Origin: Heterodontus francisci | Taxonomy: Eukaryota | Length of the DNA stretch: 64,000 nt | Direction: 5' to 3' | Assembly (NCBI RefSeq): GCF_036365525.1 | Contig: NC_090404.1 | Coordinates: forward strand, 3,658,001-3,722,000 | Shown here: piece after piece, positions 51,180-64,000 of the stretch | Position numbering within the stretch: the stretch's first letter is position 1 | Layout of the letters: each line of letters begins with the position of its first letter | Notes under the pieces: generated by a model | Databases searched by the model: none | What the model saw: only the letters and a program-made list of their open reading frames with translations | What the model was told of the DNA's origin: nothing | Program-made: the position numbers and the translations under genes

Positions 51180-54050
51180 GAAGACTTGGGGGCGATGATT
51201 AGCACATGGGAATATGATATTATTGCTAACACAGAGACATGGTTGAGGGAGGGGCAGGACTGGCAGCTCAATATTCCAGGGTATAGAATCTGCAGGCGGG
51301 ACAGGGGGTAAAAGAGGAGGTGGCATTGCACTGTTGATCAAAGAGTCAATTACTGCAGTAAGGAGGGATGATATCTTAGAACATTCCTCAAATGAGGCCA
51401 TATGGGTGGAACTTAAAAACAAAAAGGGGGCAATAACTTGGCTGGGAGTGTACTACAGGCCTCCAAATAGTCAGGGAGAGATAGAGGAGCAGATGTGTCT
51501 GAAAATCTCAGAGAGGTGTAAAAGTAATACGGTAAGAATAGTAGGGGATTTCAACTTCCCCAATATCAACTGGGATAGTCTTACTGCAAAAAGGCTTAAA
51601 GGGGGTGGAATTCTTAAAATGCATACAGGAGAGCTTTTTGAGCCAGTACGTAGAAAATCATACAAGAGAAGGGGCAGTACCAGACCTAATCCTAAGGAAT
51701 GAAGCTGGTCAAGTGGCAGAAGTGTCAGTGGGGGAGCATTTCGGTGATAGTGACCAAAACTCTGTAAGATTTAAGGTAGTTAAGGAAAAGGACAAAGATG
51801 GGCCAGAAATAAAGGTACTGAACTGGGGGAAGGCCGATTTCAATATGATAAAACAGGATCTGGCTAAAGTGGAGTGGGAGCAGCTACTTGTAGCAAAGTC
51901 TACATCAGGCCAGTGGGAGTCATTCAAAGAGGAAATAGTGAGAGCTCAGAGTCAACATGTACCCGTTAAGGTGAAGGGTAGGACCAGCAAGTGCAGGTGA
52001 GGTTTTCAATGATTACTTTTCATCTGTGTTCACTTTGGAGAAGAACGATGTAGGTATAGATATCAAGGAGGGGGATTGCGATATACTTGAACATATTAGC
52101 ATTGAAAGGGAGGAAGTATTAGCTGTTTTAGTGGGCTTAAATGTGGCCAGATGAGATGTATCCCATGCTGTTATGTGTGGCAAGGGAGGAGACAGCGGGG
52201 GCTCGGAAACAAATTTTCGAATCCGCTCTGGCCACAGGAGAGGTACCAGAAGATTGGAGGACAGCGAATGTAGTACCATTATTTAAGAAGGGTAGCAGGG
52301 ATAAACCAGGTAATTACAGGCCGGTGCGCCTAACATCAGTGGGAGGGAAACTATTGGAAAACATTCTAAGGGACAGGATTAATCTCCACTTGGAGAGGCA
52401 GGAATAATCAGGGATAGTCAGCATGGCTTTGTCAGGAGGAGATCGTGTCTAACGAACTTGATTGAATTTTTCGAGGCGGTGACTAGATGTGTAGATGAGG
52501 GTAAGGCAGTTTATGTAGTCTACATGGACCTCAGTAAGACTTTTGATAAAGTCCCGCATGGGGGATTGGTTAAGAATGTAAGAGCCCATGGGATCCAGGA
52601 CAATTTGGCAAATTGGGTCCAAAATTGGCTTAGCGGCAGGAGACAGAGGGTGATGGTCGAGGGTTGTTTTTGTGAGTGTAAGCCTGTGACCAGTGGTGTA
52701 TCGCAGGGATCGGTGCTGGGACCCTTGCTGTTTGCAGTGTACATTAATGATTTAGACATAAATATAGGCGGTATGATCAGTAAGTTCGCAGATGACATGA
52801 AAATTGGTGGTGTCATAAATAGTGAGGAAGAAAGCCTTGGATTACAGGACGATATAGATGGGCTGGTAAAATGGGCAGTGCAGTGGCAAATGGAATTTAA
52901 TCCTGAGAAGTGTAAGGTGATGCATTTTGGGAGGACTAACAAGGCAAGGGAATATACAATGGATGGTAGGATCCTAGGAAGTACAAAGGGTCAGAGGGAC
53001 CTTGGAGTACTTGTCCATAGATCACTGAAGGCAGCAGCACAGGTAGATAAGGTGGTTAGGAAGGCATATGGGATACTTAGCCTTATTAGCCGAGGTTCAG
53101 TATATAAGAGCAGGGAGATTATGATGGAGCTGTATAAAACGCTAGTTAGGCCACAGTTGGTGTAATGTGTACAGTTCTGGGCACTACACTATAGGAAGGA
53201 TGTGATTGCACTGTAGAGGGTGCAGAGGTGATTTACCAGGATGTTGTCTGGACTGGAGCATTTAAGCTATGAAGGGAGACTGAAAAGGTTGGCGTTGTTT
53301 TCCTTAGACCAGAGAAGGTTAAGGGAGGGAGGGGGGAACATGATTGAGGTATACAAAATTATGAGGGCATTGATAGGTTAGATAGGAAGAAACATTTTCC
53401 CTTAGCGGAGGGGTCAATAACCAGGGGGCATAGATTTACGTTAAGGGGCAGGAGGTTTAGAAGGGATTTGAGGAAAAAAATTCACTCAGAGGGTGGCACA
53501 GTGGTTAGCACCGCAGCCTCACAGCTCCAGCGATCCGAGTTCAGTTCTGGGTACTGCCTTTGCAGAGTTTGCAAGTTCTCCCTGTGACCGCGTGGGTTTC
53601 CGCCGGGTACTCCGGTTTCCTCCCACAGCCAAAAACCTGCAGGTTAGTCGGTAAATTGGCCATTGTAAATTACCCCTAGTGTAGGTAGATGGTAGGAGAA
53701 TGGTGGGGATGTGGTCGGGAATAATGGATTAATGTAGGATTAGCATAAATGGGTGGTTGTTGGTCAGCACAGACTTGGTGGGCCGATGGGCCTGTTTCAG
53801 TGCGGTATTTCTCTATGAATCGAAATCAGGGTGGTTGGAATCTGGAACTCACTGCCTGAAGAGGTGGTAGAGGCAGGAACCATCACAACGTTTAAGAAGT
53901 ATTGAGATGAGCACTTGAAACGCCATAGCATACAAGGCTACGGGCCAAGTGGTGGAAAATGGGATTAGAATAGTTAAGTGCTTGATGGCCGGCACAGACA
54001 CGATGGGCCGAAAGGCCTGTTTCTGTGCTGTACAACTCTATGACTCTGTA
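51180..54050 (+). mobile_element. Degraded CR1 ORF2 (EN and RT), with an HE1-like SINE inserted at ~53493-53820
   Basis: TETW, YRPP, GDFN, GNYRPV, QGSVLGP and FADD motifs with frameshifts; CTATGA tail. Confidence 0.9.
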
Positions 54051-54149
54051 ATCTAACAAACTAGAAAGAGAAAATGCTGGGAATACTCAGCAGGTCGGGC
54101 AGTATCTGGGGAGAGAGAAACAAAATCAACGTTTTGGTCAGCCTACAGG

Positions 54150-54660
54150 AAAACACTTACTGACAGCCGCTGACTAATGGCAGCCGCAGCTCCCACAATT
54201 CTCTGCGCACTTGCAACCGGTCTATTCACCGCGCTGATTTCCCCGTCCACTGAGAGTGCGCATGCTACCCAGGTCCAGGCGCGGGGCATTGTGGGCGGCC
54301 TCGGTCCTGTCTTTTGTTGCGAGCCGGACTCGGTGGAAACGGGAGAAGAAACAGGGAAGCAGCGGGTAGGATGGGGGAGGCGCTGCATCATCAGCTGAAT
54401 AGTTTCCCCTCCTGCCCCGGGGCGCTCGCCGCAGGTCCGCCGGGTCCCGCGGCTCTGATTTGGGCCCTGAGAGCCGCTGAGACTCGGTGTCGCTCACACT
54501 GCGCTCAATCTCGGTCAGCACCCTGGAGGCACACAGCGCATGCGCCGCAACGACTGGCGGTCTCCGGGGGCGGGGCGTTCGTGCGCCTGCGCGTTACTGC
54601 CCCACTGCTGGAGCTATGACGTATTCGCTCGCGCTCCGTATTCTGGGTAGGATAGTCAGC
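54150..54660. promoter_or_regulatory. CpG-island promoter, probably bidirectional
   Basis: High CpG density; NRF1-type GCGCATGCGC (~54536) and TGCGCCTGCGC; GC box GGGGCGGGGC; minus-strand donor GTAAGTG near 54159. Confidence 0.65.
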
Positions 54661-54784
54661 CATTGAGATTTAACAGACTGGAGGGGAAGTTCATGGCCAT
54701 AATCGTCGAAAAGAAAATGGTCTAAAACTCCCATTACCCACCGGTGTTGTGTAAGATGAATAATCAATTATATCAATATCTATT

Positions 54785-56345
54785 GCTCCCGCTCCCAACT
54801 AGAAAACTTTATCAGCTTTGCTTCTAATTTCCACCCTTCTCTCAACTTACATGGTCCACCTCCGACACTTCCCTTCCCTTCCTTGACTTCTCTGTCTCCA
54901 TCTCTGGGGATAGGCAGTCCACTGACATTAATTATAAGCCCACCGACTCCCAAAGCTACCTCGACTACACTTCTTCACACTCTGCTTCCTGTAAGGAGTC
55001 CAATCCATTCTCCCAGTTACTCTGTCTCCGACGCATGTGCTCTGATGATGCTCCCTCCACGACAGCGCTTCTAATATGTCTTCCTTTTTCCTCAACCGAG
55101 GATTTCCACCCCCCCCCCCACCCCCACACTGTGGTTGACAGGGCCCTCAATGGTCTGGCCCATTTCCCGCACCTCTGCCTTCACCCCTTCCCCTCCCTCC
55201 CAGAACCACAACAGGGTTCCCCTTGTCCTCACTTTCCACCCCACCAGCCTCCACATCCAAAGGATCATCCTGCACCATTTCTGCCACCTCCAGCGTGATG
55301 CCACTACCAAACGCATCTTCCCCTCCCCTCCACTGTCAGCATTCTGAGGGGGTAATTCCCTCCGCGACACCCTGGTCTACTCCTCCATTACTCCCAACAC
55401 CTCGTCCCCTTCCCACGGCACCTTACCATGCAATCGCAGGATGTGTAATACCTGCCCATTCACCTCCTCTCTCCTCACTATACAAGGCCCCAAACACTCC
55501 CTTCAGGTGAGGCAGCGATTCACTTGTACTTCTTTCAATTTACTAAACTGTATTCACTGCTCACAATGTGGTCTCCTCTACATTGGGGAGACCAAACGTA
55601 GATTGGGTGACTACTTTGTGGAACACCTCCACTCAGTCTGAAATCATGACCCTGAGCTTCTGGTTGCTGGCCATTTCAACACTTCCCCCTGCTCTCATGC
55701 CCACATCGCTGTCCTGGGCTTGCTGCAGTTTTCCAGTGAACATCAACGCAAGCTCAAGGAACAGCACCTCATTCACCAATTAGGCACACTACAGCCTGCC
55801 GGACTGAACATTGAGTTCAGTAACTTCAGAGCGTGACGCCCCCCACCACCACCACCACCCACCCCCCCCCCCCCCCCACCCCACCTTTTTATTTTTAGCT
55901 ATTTTTCTTTGTTTATTATTTGTTTATTTTATTTCATTTTGTTTCATCATTCATTTTTTTACCATGTGCCTACCCACTGCTTTTTTTTTGTCCTGTTCGT
56001 GCTTTGGGCCAGGTTGTTCTACTTTTCTGTCAATTAACACCCTCTCTGCACTAACGATTTGTCTTTCAGCACACCATTAACATACCGTTTGCCTTTGCTC
56101 CATGACCTTCTGGTCCGTCATTCCCTGTGACCCTGACCTATCAACACCTTCTCTTTGGTTATCTCTTGCCCCACCCCCGCTTTATTTGCTTAAAACCTGT
56201 TATATTTCTAGCCTGTACCAGTTCTGATGAAGGGTCAGTGGCCTGAAACATTAACTCTGCTTTTCTCTCCACAGATGCTGCCAGACCTGCTGAGTATTTC
56301 CAGCATTTCTTGGTTTTATTTCAGACTTCCAGCATCTGCAATATT
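54785..56345 (+). mobile_element. Penelope-like element, degraded RT end, GIY-YIG and 3' tail
   Basis: LLYIGETKRRLGD.F.EH; same tail as 12087-12794. Confidence 0.88.
56221..56256 (+). ncRNA. Minimal hammerhead-ribozyme-like motif in the Penelope tail
   Basis: CTGATGA, then a short stem (GGTC/GGCC), then GAAAC. A variant CCGAAGA...GAAAC lies at 12695-12731. Penelope-like elements are known to carry minimal hammerheads. Confidence 0.55.
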
Positions 56346-58199
56346 TTGCTGTTATATCAATTGCAATATTTGATTTGATTTGGTTATGAATGGTTTAGTC
56401 TACCATTCGAATCATGCTTCTCTAATTGTATTTACCAACATAGATTAATGGTATCATTTTTTCTTTCTCTGAGCCCCTGAACCTAGCAGTGATTGATTCA
56501 CTTGGAAACCAACAGGAAGACAGTTCAGGGGCCGTATGGACAAGGTTCTGTAAACTGTCATGGAGTTCGAGGGCTGGAAATTGAGCTGGCCAGTCAGGTG
56601 AGTCAGTGTGAATCCCTGTTAAACAATTTAACTTATAAAATTTAAACCAAGATTTTTTTTGCCAACAAAACTGTTTAACATGTGTCAATATTTTGATTTT
56701 CTATTCTGAGTTTCAGACAAGTGGACCAGGTGTTTCCCTCTTTCCACGTCGCTGTTTGTTAAAGGTACAGAGATTGATTTCCCCCTCATTATGCATTAAT
56801 TTGTTTATTCAGATGGACAATGTTGCACCTGCCTGCACTTGCAGTTATTAAAGGTAACATCCTTCCCATAAGTGGTGAATCACAGTCCTGTGGTTTCAGC
56901 CTTTAGAATTCCCCTCCTTCTGTTCAAATCCCTCCCTATCTCAGTACCCTCCTCCAGCCCTACAATCCTTTGAGATCTCTGCATTCTTCCAATTCTGGCC
57001 TCTAGCACCTATTTCACTCCACCATTGATGACCATCCCTTCCATCGTCTTAGCCCTAAAATTAGACGCTTAGCTCTCTGTCAGTTTTTGACTGATTGGGC
57101 TCTTGTCATGTGTCTTGGGATGTTTTACTACTTTACAAGATCCCCAAGGTCAAAATGCTGGCAACTCGCTGTCTATGCTCACAAGTTCAGAATTATCACT
57201 TGGCAAGGTGCTGGAGGGTAAACAGTGACTGGGACTGAACCCCACCATCACACAGCACCTTCAGGAGAGAAGGGGACAAAAATAGGAGCCTGTGAGGAAT
57301 CTGGATTTCAAACAGTGAGGATGTGGCAAGGAGGGAGAGTGTGTGGGATGTGTGATTTAAAGCTTAGGAGAGAGAAAGGAGGAAAGAATATTCCAGAAAA
57401 ACTCGAACTGTCTGTTTTGAATTGCTATCCTGTACTTACAGTAATGACTTTTTTAAATTATGAGGGCAGGTTTCATTAACTAGGGTTATATTCTCCTGAA
57501 TACAGAAGATTATGGAGTGATCTAATAGAGGTGTTTAAGATGATTAAAGGCATTGATGGGACAGATGTAGAGAAACTATTTCCTCTGGGGAGGGAATTCA
57601 CAACAAGGGGACATAACCTGAAAATTAGAGCTCGGCTGTTCAGTGGTGATGTCAGGAAGCCGTGGAAACCTGGAACTCTCCCCACCAAAAAAACTGGAGC
57701 GGCTCTGGGTCAATTGAAAGTTCAATACTGTGTCCATTAAATTTTCGTTGGACAAGATTACTAAGGGCTCCAGAACCAAGGTGGGTAGATGGAGTTAAGA
57801 TTGAGATCAGCCATAATCTAATTGAATGCCAGAATAGGCTCAATGGGCTGAATGGCCTCCTGCTGTTCTGATGTTCCTACTTAGAGTGATGACTTTTGTA
57901 AACTCCTTTCACAGGTTTTTATAAGGGGAGGATTTGCAGACGGGTAAACTCAAAGGAAACATCACATCAAATCTGAGAGGATCACTCGGTTCATCGGTGT
58001 CTGAATGTCAGTGGTCACTGAATATAGAAGGAGAAATACTTGTTTGTGGGAAAAGGCTTCAAACATCAATGTGACTGGAAAAGCACTGAGACAGACTCAC
58101 CCGAGTGAGAGTGTTCCAGTGCACTGACTGTGGAACGAGCTTTAACCAGTTACACAGCCTGAAAAACACCCCACCATTCACAGTGGGGAGAAACCTTAT

Positions 58200-59195
58200 A
58201 TGTGTTCGTTGTTTGGTCGAGGCCTCAACAGATTGTCCAACCTGGAAAGACGCAAGGACATCCACAACACGGAGAAACCATGGAAATGTGGGGACTGTGG
58301 GAAGGGATTCAATTACCCATCTCAGCTGGAAATTCATCAACGCAGTCACACTGGGGAGAGGCCGTTCACCTGCTCTGTGTGTGGGAAGGGATTCACTAAG
58401 CCAACCAACCTCCTGATACACCAACTTGTTCACACAGATAAGAAACCCTTTAAATGTTCTGACTGTGTGAAGAGATTTAAAAGTAAAAATGAGCTGCTGA
58501 AACACCAACGTACTCACACTGGAGAGAGGCCATTCACCTGCTCCATTTGTATGAAGGGATTCACTCAGTCATCCCACCTGCTGACACACCAGCGTGTTCA
58601 CACTGGGGAGAAGCCATTCACCTGCTCTGTGTGTGAAAAGGGATTCGCTCAGCCATCCAACCTCGTGAGACACCAACTTGTTCACACTGATAAGAGGCCT
58701 TTTGAATGTTCTGACTGTGAAAAGAGATTTAAAAGTAAAAATGAGCTGCTGCAACACCAACGTACTCACACTGGGGAGAGGCCGTTCACCTGGTCTGAGT
58801 GTGGGAAGGGATTCACTCGATTATCCAACCTTCTGATGCACCAGCGAGTTCACATTGAGGAGAGGCCGGTCACCTGCACTGAATGTGGGAAGGAATTCAC
58901 TCGATTATCCAAGCTACTGACACACCAGCGAGTTCACACAGGGGAGAGACCGTTCATCTGCACCGTGTGTGGGAAAGGATTCACAGCGACATCTCACCTC
59001 ATTGTACATCAACTTGTTCACACCGATAAGAGACCTTTTGAGTGTTCTGACTGTGAGAAGAGATTTAAAACTAAAAGCAATCTGTTAGCACACCAGCGAG
59101 TTCACACTGGGGAGAAGCCATTCACCTGCTCTGCGTGTGGGAAGGGATTTGTTAATTCAAATCATCTGCTGAGACACCAGCAAGTTCACAAGTGA
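58200..59195 (+). CDS. C2H2 zinc-finger protein (11 tandem fingers, one with C changed to W), shark expanded ZNF family
   Basis: 331-aa ORF with TGE(K/R)PF linkers; upstream acceptor tttcacAG at 57914. Confidence 0.9.
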   Translation: MCSLFGRGLNRLSNLERRKDIHNTEKPWKCGDCGKGFNYPSQLEIHQRSHTGERPFTCSVCGKGFTKPTNLLIHQLVHTDKKPFKCSDCVKRFKSKNELLKHQRTHTGERPFTCSICMKGFTQSSHLLTHQRVHTGEKPFTCSVCEKGFAQPSNLVRHQLVHTDKRPFECSDCEKRFKSKNELLQHQRTHTGERPFTWSECGKGFTRLSNLLMHQRVHIEERPVTCTECGKEFTRLSKLLTHQRVHTGERPFICTVCGKGFTATSHLIVHQLVHTDKRPFECSDCEKRFKTKSNLLAHQRVHTGEKPFTCSACGKGFVNSNHLLRHQQVHK

Positions 59196-60147
59196 CTGCA
59201 GGGATTGGATTCTGCTGTTATTGCTGCTGTTAATCACATCCAGGGATGAATCCTTTTTCCAGTTGGGTTTCCACAGGGCTCAGCTTGCTTTTCGTGGTAT
59301 ATATCAATGATGTAGACATCTGTAGGGGGCCATGATCTGTAGGTGGACCATTTTAATAATGTGTTAACTTTTTATCAAATAACTTCATCTCTGTTGATGT
59401 AAACTCAGAGTCTCTGGCTGTATTTGTTCCAGTCTCGCTGCTAACAGGTGATGAAAGTGGCTGTGGAATTGTCACTGAGAGCTGAACACTGAGCAGCGAA
59501 TTTCCTTTAGCTTTCAAATTCAATTCCACACACCGAGTCCCAGAATCATCACTCAGAATCACCGCTATGAAAGTAGGAAACTGCTCCAAATACACAACAG
59601 GATGGGCAGCTCGTGAAAAACTATTCAACTTTTGGTGTGTCGACTTTTCCCAGAACTTCAAACAGGACCGTGTGACAATATAAACTGAGTTTGTGTATGT
59701 GGCTGTCATTTTTCTGTATAAACTGTGAGTGTTTATGTTATGAGTGCAATGCTTTGTATATGTATCAGTTGTAAATTAACTTTTATTTTCAAAATATACA
59801 TTCGGTTCTAAATATATAAATATTTTTGATTGATACTGTGAGACTTGTAAATGTATTGTGGATGCACGAGTGTGCCAGTTATGAATAAATGTGTGTGTTA
59901 TTTCTGAATGTATTTGTTCAGATCTATGTTGTGTATAAATGTATTTAGGTGTAAATGAAAAGTAAGAGAGAAATAAATAGGCAGAAAGTACTTTCCGAAT
60001 GAAGGCAGATTGAAGCGAAAAATGAACACATGTAAATAGATCTGTAAGCAGCAGAGTTATGAAATGGATTTACATCCAGCACAAAAGTCAATTAATTCCA
60101 ATACTTTCAATTATATCTACATTTGCCGCATGGCTTTTCAACAGCAT

Positions 60148-60219
60148 TCCTTGGTAGTCTAATGGTCAGGATTCGGCGATCTCACCACCATGGCCCGTGT
60201 TCGACTCATGGTCAAGGAA
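60148..60219 (+). tRNA. tRNA-Glu(CTC)-derived gene, probably a pseudogene
   Basis: 72 nt matching vertebrate tRNA-Glu-CTC. Acceptor and T stems pair, but the anticodon stem has two C-A mismatches. TTTT follows. Confidence 0.8.
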
Positions 60220-60777
60220 ACAAGTTTTGCAAAGCAGTTAATCTGTCAGATGGGGAAAAACTGTGCACATCACTGTTAATAAACCAACAAGATCCTGTTA
60301 CACACTGAAGGAAATGTATCCCAAGTGACCAGGGAATTTCTGCGAGTAAGGCAAAGCTGATAATCCCTACTCGACATCAACATCCTAACAACCTGGCCTC
60401 AGGTCAGAGGAGTTGAGGAAGATGGTGAAATACTGCACTCACTCGGACAAACATTTCACCGTACCAAACAAGTCACACGGGAAAAATATCCATTACAAAG
60501 TCGTTAAACTCCCAAAGCAGTTTCTGAATGTCCTTCCCTGAATCTTTGGAATCAGATCACTCTTATTAGGATCCATTTGGATGGAAACCAGCTGCCCCCT
60601 CGCCCCAGCTCCGGGAAACACCATTCTAATCCTGTGACTGGGGTGAGTTTTGATTGGAAAGTGGGTGTCATGTCATCTCAACTGCACATTCTCAAAATCA
60701 CGTTCTCAGGATGTTAGACTCACAGACAAATTCCACATTTTTCAGCTCTGACAAGCGAGGTTGTACAGGTTTACCCA

Positions 60778-61592
60778 GGGAGTTCACCTACCTAGGCTCA
60801 ACTATCACCAGTAACCTGTCTCTAGATGCAGAAATCAACAAGCGCATGGGTAAGGCTTCCACTGCTATGTTCAGACTGGCCAAGAGAGTGTGGGAAAATG
60901 GCGCACTGACACGGAACACAAAAGTCCGAGTGTATCAGGCCTGTGTCCTCAGTACCTTGCTCTACGGCAGCGAGGCCTGGACAACGTATGCCAGCCAAGA
61001 GCGACGTCTCAATTCATTCCATCTTCGCTGCCTTCGGAGAATACTTGGCATCAGGTGGCAGGACTATATCTCCAACACAGAAGTCCTTGAAGCGGCCAAC
61101 ATCCCCAGCTTATACACACTACTGAGTCAGCGGCGCTTGAGATGGCTTGGCCATGTGAGCCGCATGGAAGATGGCAGGATCCCCAAAGACACATTGTACA
61201 GCGAGCTCGCCACTGGTGTCAGACCCACCGGCCGTCCATGTCTCCGTTATAAAGACGTCTGCAAACGCGACATGAAATCGTGTGACATTGATCACAAGTC
61301 GTGGGAGTCAGTTGCCAGCATTCGCCAGAGCTGGCGGGCAGCCATAAAGACAGGGCTAAATTGTGGCGAGTCGAAGAGACTTAGTAGTTGGCAGGAAAAA
61401 AGACAGAGGCGCAAGGGGAGAGCCAACTGTGCAACAGCCCCAACAAACAAATTTCTCTGCAGCACCTGTGGAAGAGCCTGTCACTCCAGAATTGGCCTTT
61501 ATAGCCACTCCAGGCGCTGCTTCACAAACCACTGACCACCTCCAGGCGCGTATCCATTGTCTCTCGAGATAAGGAGGCCCAAAAGAAAGAAA
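60778..61592 (+). mobile_element. RTE-clade LINE, 5'-truncated, with uninterrupted ORF end
   Basis: FTYLGS, LLYGSEAW, RRLRWLGHV.RM, C-terminal CxxC...H; (AAAG)n tail. Confidence 0.9.
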
Positions 61593-61594
61593 GT

Positions 61595-61770
61595 ACTGCA
61601 GGGCAGGTATACACAGGAACTAGCACTGTGGGGCTGGGATATCCAGGGACTCACACTGCGGGACATATATACATAGGGAGTAGTGCTGTGGGGCAGGTAT
61701 ACACAGGGATTTGCACTGCTGGACATGGATCTCCAGGCACGAGCACCACTGGGCAGGTCTCCACAGTGTT
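61595..61770. repeat. ~30-bp GC-rich minisatellite
   Basis: Recurring (CA)CTG.GGG..GG.TATACACAGGGA. Confidence 0.6.
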
Positions 61771-62189
61771 ATGCCCACGTGATGAGGGGTGTGGGTGGTT
61801 CCCACTATTCAACTCCCACCTGGTCACGCGAGTGTTTTTGTTGTTAGATTTTTAACCCCTTTGTGTTTTATTTGTCAAATAAACAGACTGTGGCAGGTGT
61901 TCTTGTAAGTTTAAAAACTGAAGATTAATTGCATAGGAAGCAGGTGGGACAATTTTGTGAAGAAATTATATTACTATTAATCAAAACAACAACAAATGTG
62001 TATTTTTGTGAAGAACAATTAAATGAGAAGATTAATTGATTGACTTACTTTCTCATCACGATGCTGAACATTGATTTAGTGAAATACCTGGCAGTTTTTG
62101 CTTGCACAAGTAGTCAATGTTTGCCCACACACTTCTTGTAGTAATGCAGAGTATTCTAGATAGATGCTCATCTGTCAGGAATTATCTAA

Positions 62190-62880
62190 GTTGCTCTCTC
62201 TCTGTCTCTCTTCTGAGAACCCTTCTCTTTCCCTTTCTCTTACTGTGTTCCTCCCTCTCTGTGCTGTTCCCCCATCTCTATGTTATTCCCCCCCCCCCCA
62301 CTCTGTGTCATAATTTTTCTCTTTCTGTCCCCCCTCTTCCTCTCTCTCCCTCTGCCCCGCTCTCTCTGCACCCCCCACCCACTCCCCCCCCCACTCTCTC
62401 TCTATCCCTCCTCTCTCTCTCTGTCCCCATCCCTCTTTCTGTCTCTTCCCTCTTTCCCTCTGTCCCCATTATCTCTCTGATCCCCTCTCCCTCTTTCTCG
62501 CTGTCTACTCTCCCCTCTTTCTGCCCCTCTCTCTCTGTGTCTCCCTCTTATGCTCTCTCTGTCTTGCTGCCCCCTCTCTCCCTCCGTTCCCATTCTCTCT
62601 ATGATCCTCTCTCTCTTTTTCTCTCTCTGCCCACCCCCCCCCCCACTCTCCCTGCTCCCTCTCTGTCTTGTGTGCCACCTCTCACTCTCTGCCCCTCTCT
62701 CTACCCCCTCTCTCTTTGCCCCCTCTCTCTTGTGTCCCTCCCTCTCTCTCTCTCTCTGTGCCGCCTCTATCTCTGTCCCCCTCTCTCTCTGCTTCTCTTT
62801 CTCTCTCTCTGTTTCTCTCTCTCTCTCTCTATTCACCCTCTCTCTCTCTCTCTTTCTGCTTCCCTCGCTGTTTCTCTGAC
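62190..62880. repeat. CT-rich low-complexity tract (a similar tract lies at 46935-47230)
   Basis: Polypyrimidine composition. Confidence 0.9.
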
Positions 62881-63135
62881 AGTTGCAGGGAGTGGGAATG
62901 ATCCACACAGTAGCTTTGTGTTTGGCCTATTTTTTTAAAAAAAATTGCAAGTCAGTTTCACAGCTGACAGCCGCTGACATAGGGAACAGCGGTTTCCCAA
63001 CTTCGGACAGATTTGCAGTTTTCTGCTGGGTCCCAACGTTTTTTTAAAAGCCTGCAGGAAAATCCCGAATATGGCCGAAGTTGGGAAACCAGTGTTCCCA
63101 CTCCAATCACCTGTGAGCTGCGAAACTGACAGCAC

Positions 63136-63136
<1 letters not shown>

Positions 63137-63172
<36 letters not shown>

Positions 63173-63177
63173 TTATA
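63137..63177. repeat. (TA)n microsatellite
   Basis: Direct. Confidence 0.95.
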
Positions 63178-63294
63178 AAGCTGGTCTGAAAGAAGAAGAC
63201 AATGGGAAATTGCTCATCTCTGAGATACATCCACAGGCTGGATGGAAATCTTTGGCAGGCCGGATCCTGGCCCTTGGGCCATATGTGAGACAAC

Positions 63295-63490
63295 CCTGGT
63301 GTAGAGGAAACTTTATTCTGTATCTAACCTGTGCTGCACCTACCCTGGGGGCGTTTGATGGGACAGTCCAAATGGAGCTTTATTCTGTATCTAACCTGTG
63401 TTGTACCTGCCCTGAGAGTGTTTGACAGGACAGTGTAGAGGGAGAGTAACTCTGTATCTATCCCATGTCGTATCTGTCTTGGGAGGGTTT
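63295..63490. repeat. ~65-bp tandem repeat (GGGACAGTGTAGAGGGAGCTTTATTCTGTATCTAACC...)
   Basis: About three units. Confidence 0.7.
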
Positions 63491-64000
63491 TCCAGCTTAC
63501 AAGAGTTGCTTTGAACACTCTGACTCTGGGAAAATCTTCAAAATTTCAAAGCAGCTGATGCATGATTAGCGCATTCTCCCACTGGACAGATGCTGTTTAA
63601 ATATTCTGTGTGTGGGAAGAAATTAACCCCAATTGCTGAGACAACATTGAACCTCATGGATTCTGTTGTGTTTAATCACATCCAGGACTGGAGCATAGCA
63701 GAGGGCCCTTAAACTTGGGTTTCAGTGTGAATTTTTCGTTAAATTTATCTCAATAGGATCACAGAGAATTCTTTTCCAATCATCATGGGGGAGCTGATAC
63801 CCAGCATTCCACACGGACATGAACATGCCCTTTTAAACTTAAATCAGGGCAATTATGAGGGCATGAAAGCAGAGCCAGATAAAGTGAACTGGCAAATCTG
63901 GTTAAAGGATATGCCAATAGAGATACAGTGTCAGACATTTAAGGAGATATTTCAGAATACACAGAATAGATAAATTCCAAGGGTGGGACCCGCCATCCAT

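Noticed and set aside
61595-61770. CACTGTG/CACAGTG motifs as RSSs
   Set aside because: Part of a minisatellite, with no nonamers and no adjacent gene segment.
62117-62938. 273-aa Leu/Ser/Pro-rich ORF
   Set aside because: Translation of a CT low-complexity tract.

Overview
Vertebrate genomic DNA, almost certainly from a shark or other elasmobranch (HE1-type SINEs, shark-type CR1 and Penelope elements, shark-type C2H2 ZNF exon). The left ~47 kb is part of the T-cell receptor alpha/delta locus on the minus strand. It holds two tandemly duplicated NAR-TCR cassettes (leader - IgNAR-like V - D - J, with 22/12/12/23 RSS spacers) about 27.7 kb apart. Between them lies a leaderless 'supporting' TCR-delta V with a CDR1 cysteine, onto which the J of the upstream cassette can splice. 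There are also three TCR V-alpha/delta pseudogenes and an orphan, opposite-strand IgM-like transmembrane exon. The most unusual structure is a 63-bp-period tandem array of four intact 23-RSSs directly behind the supporting V-delta, whose linkers look like small D-like cassettes. The duplication ends inside a GATC-rich satellite. Right of ~47 kb are LINE and Penelope fragments, a probable bidirectional CpG promoter between a truncated ZNF exon and an intact 11-finger C2H2 ZNF exon, a tRNA-Glu pseudogene and a young RTE fragment. Most other ORFs in the track are spurious or retroelement-derived. All coordinates and mismatch counts were read by eye.
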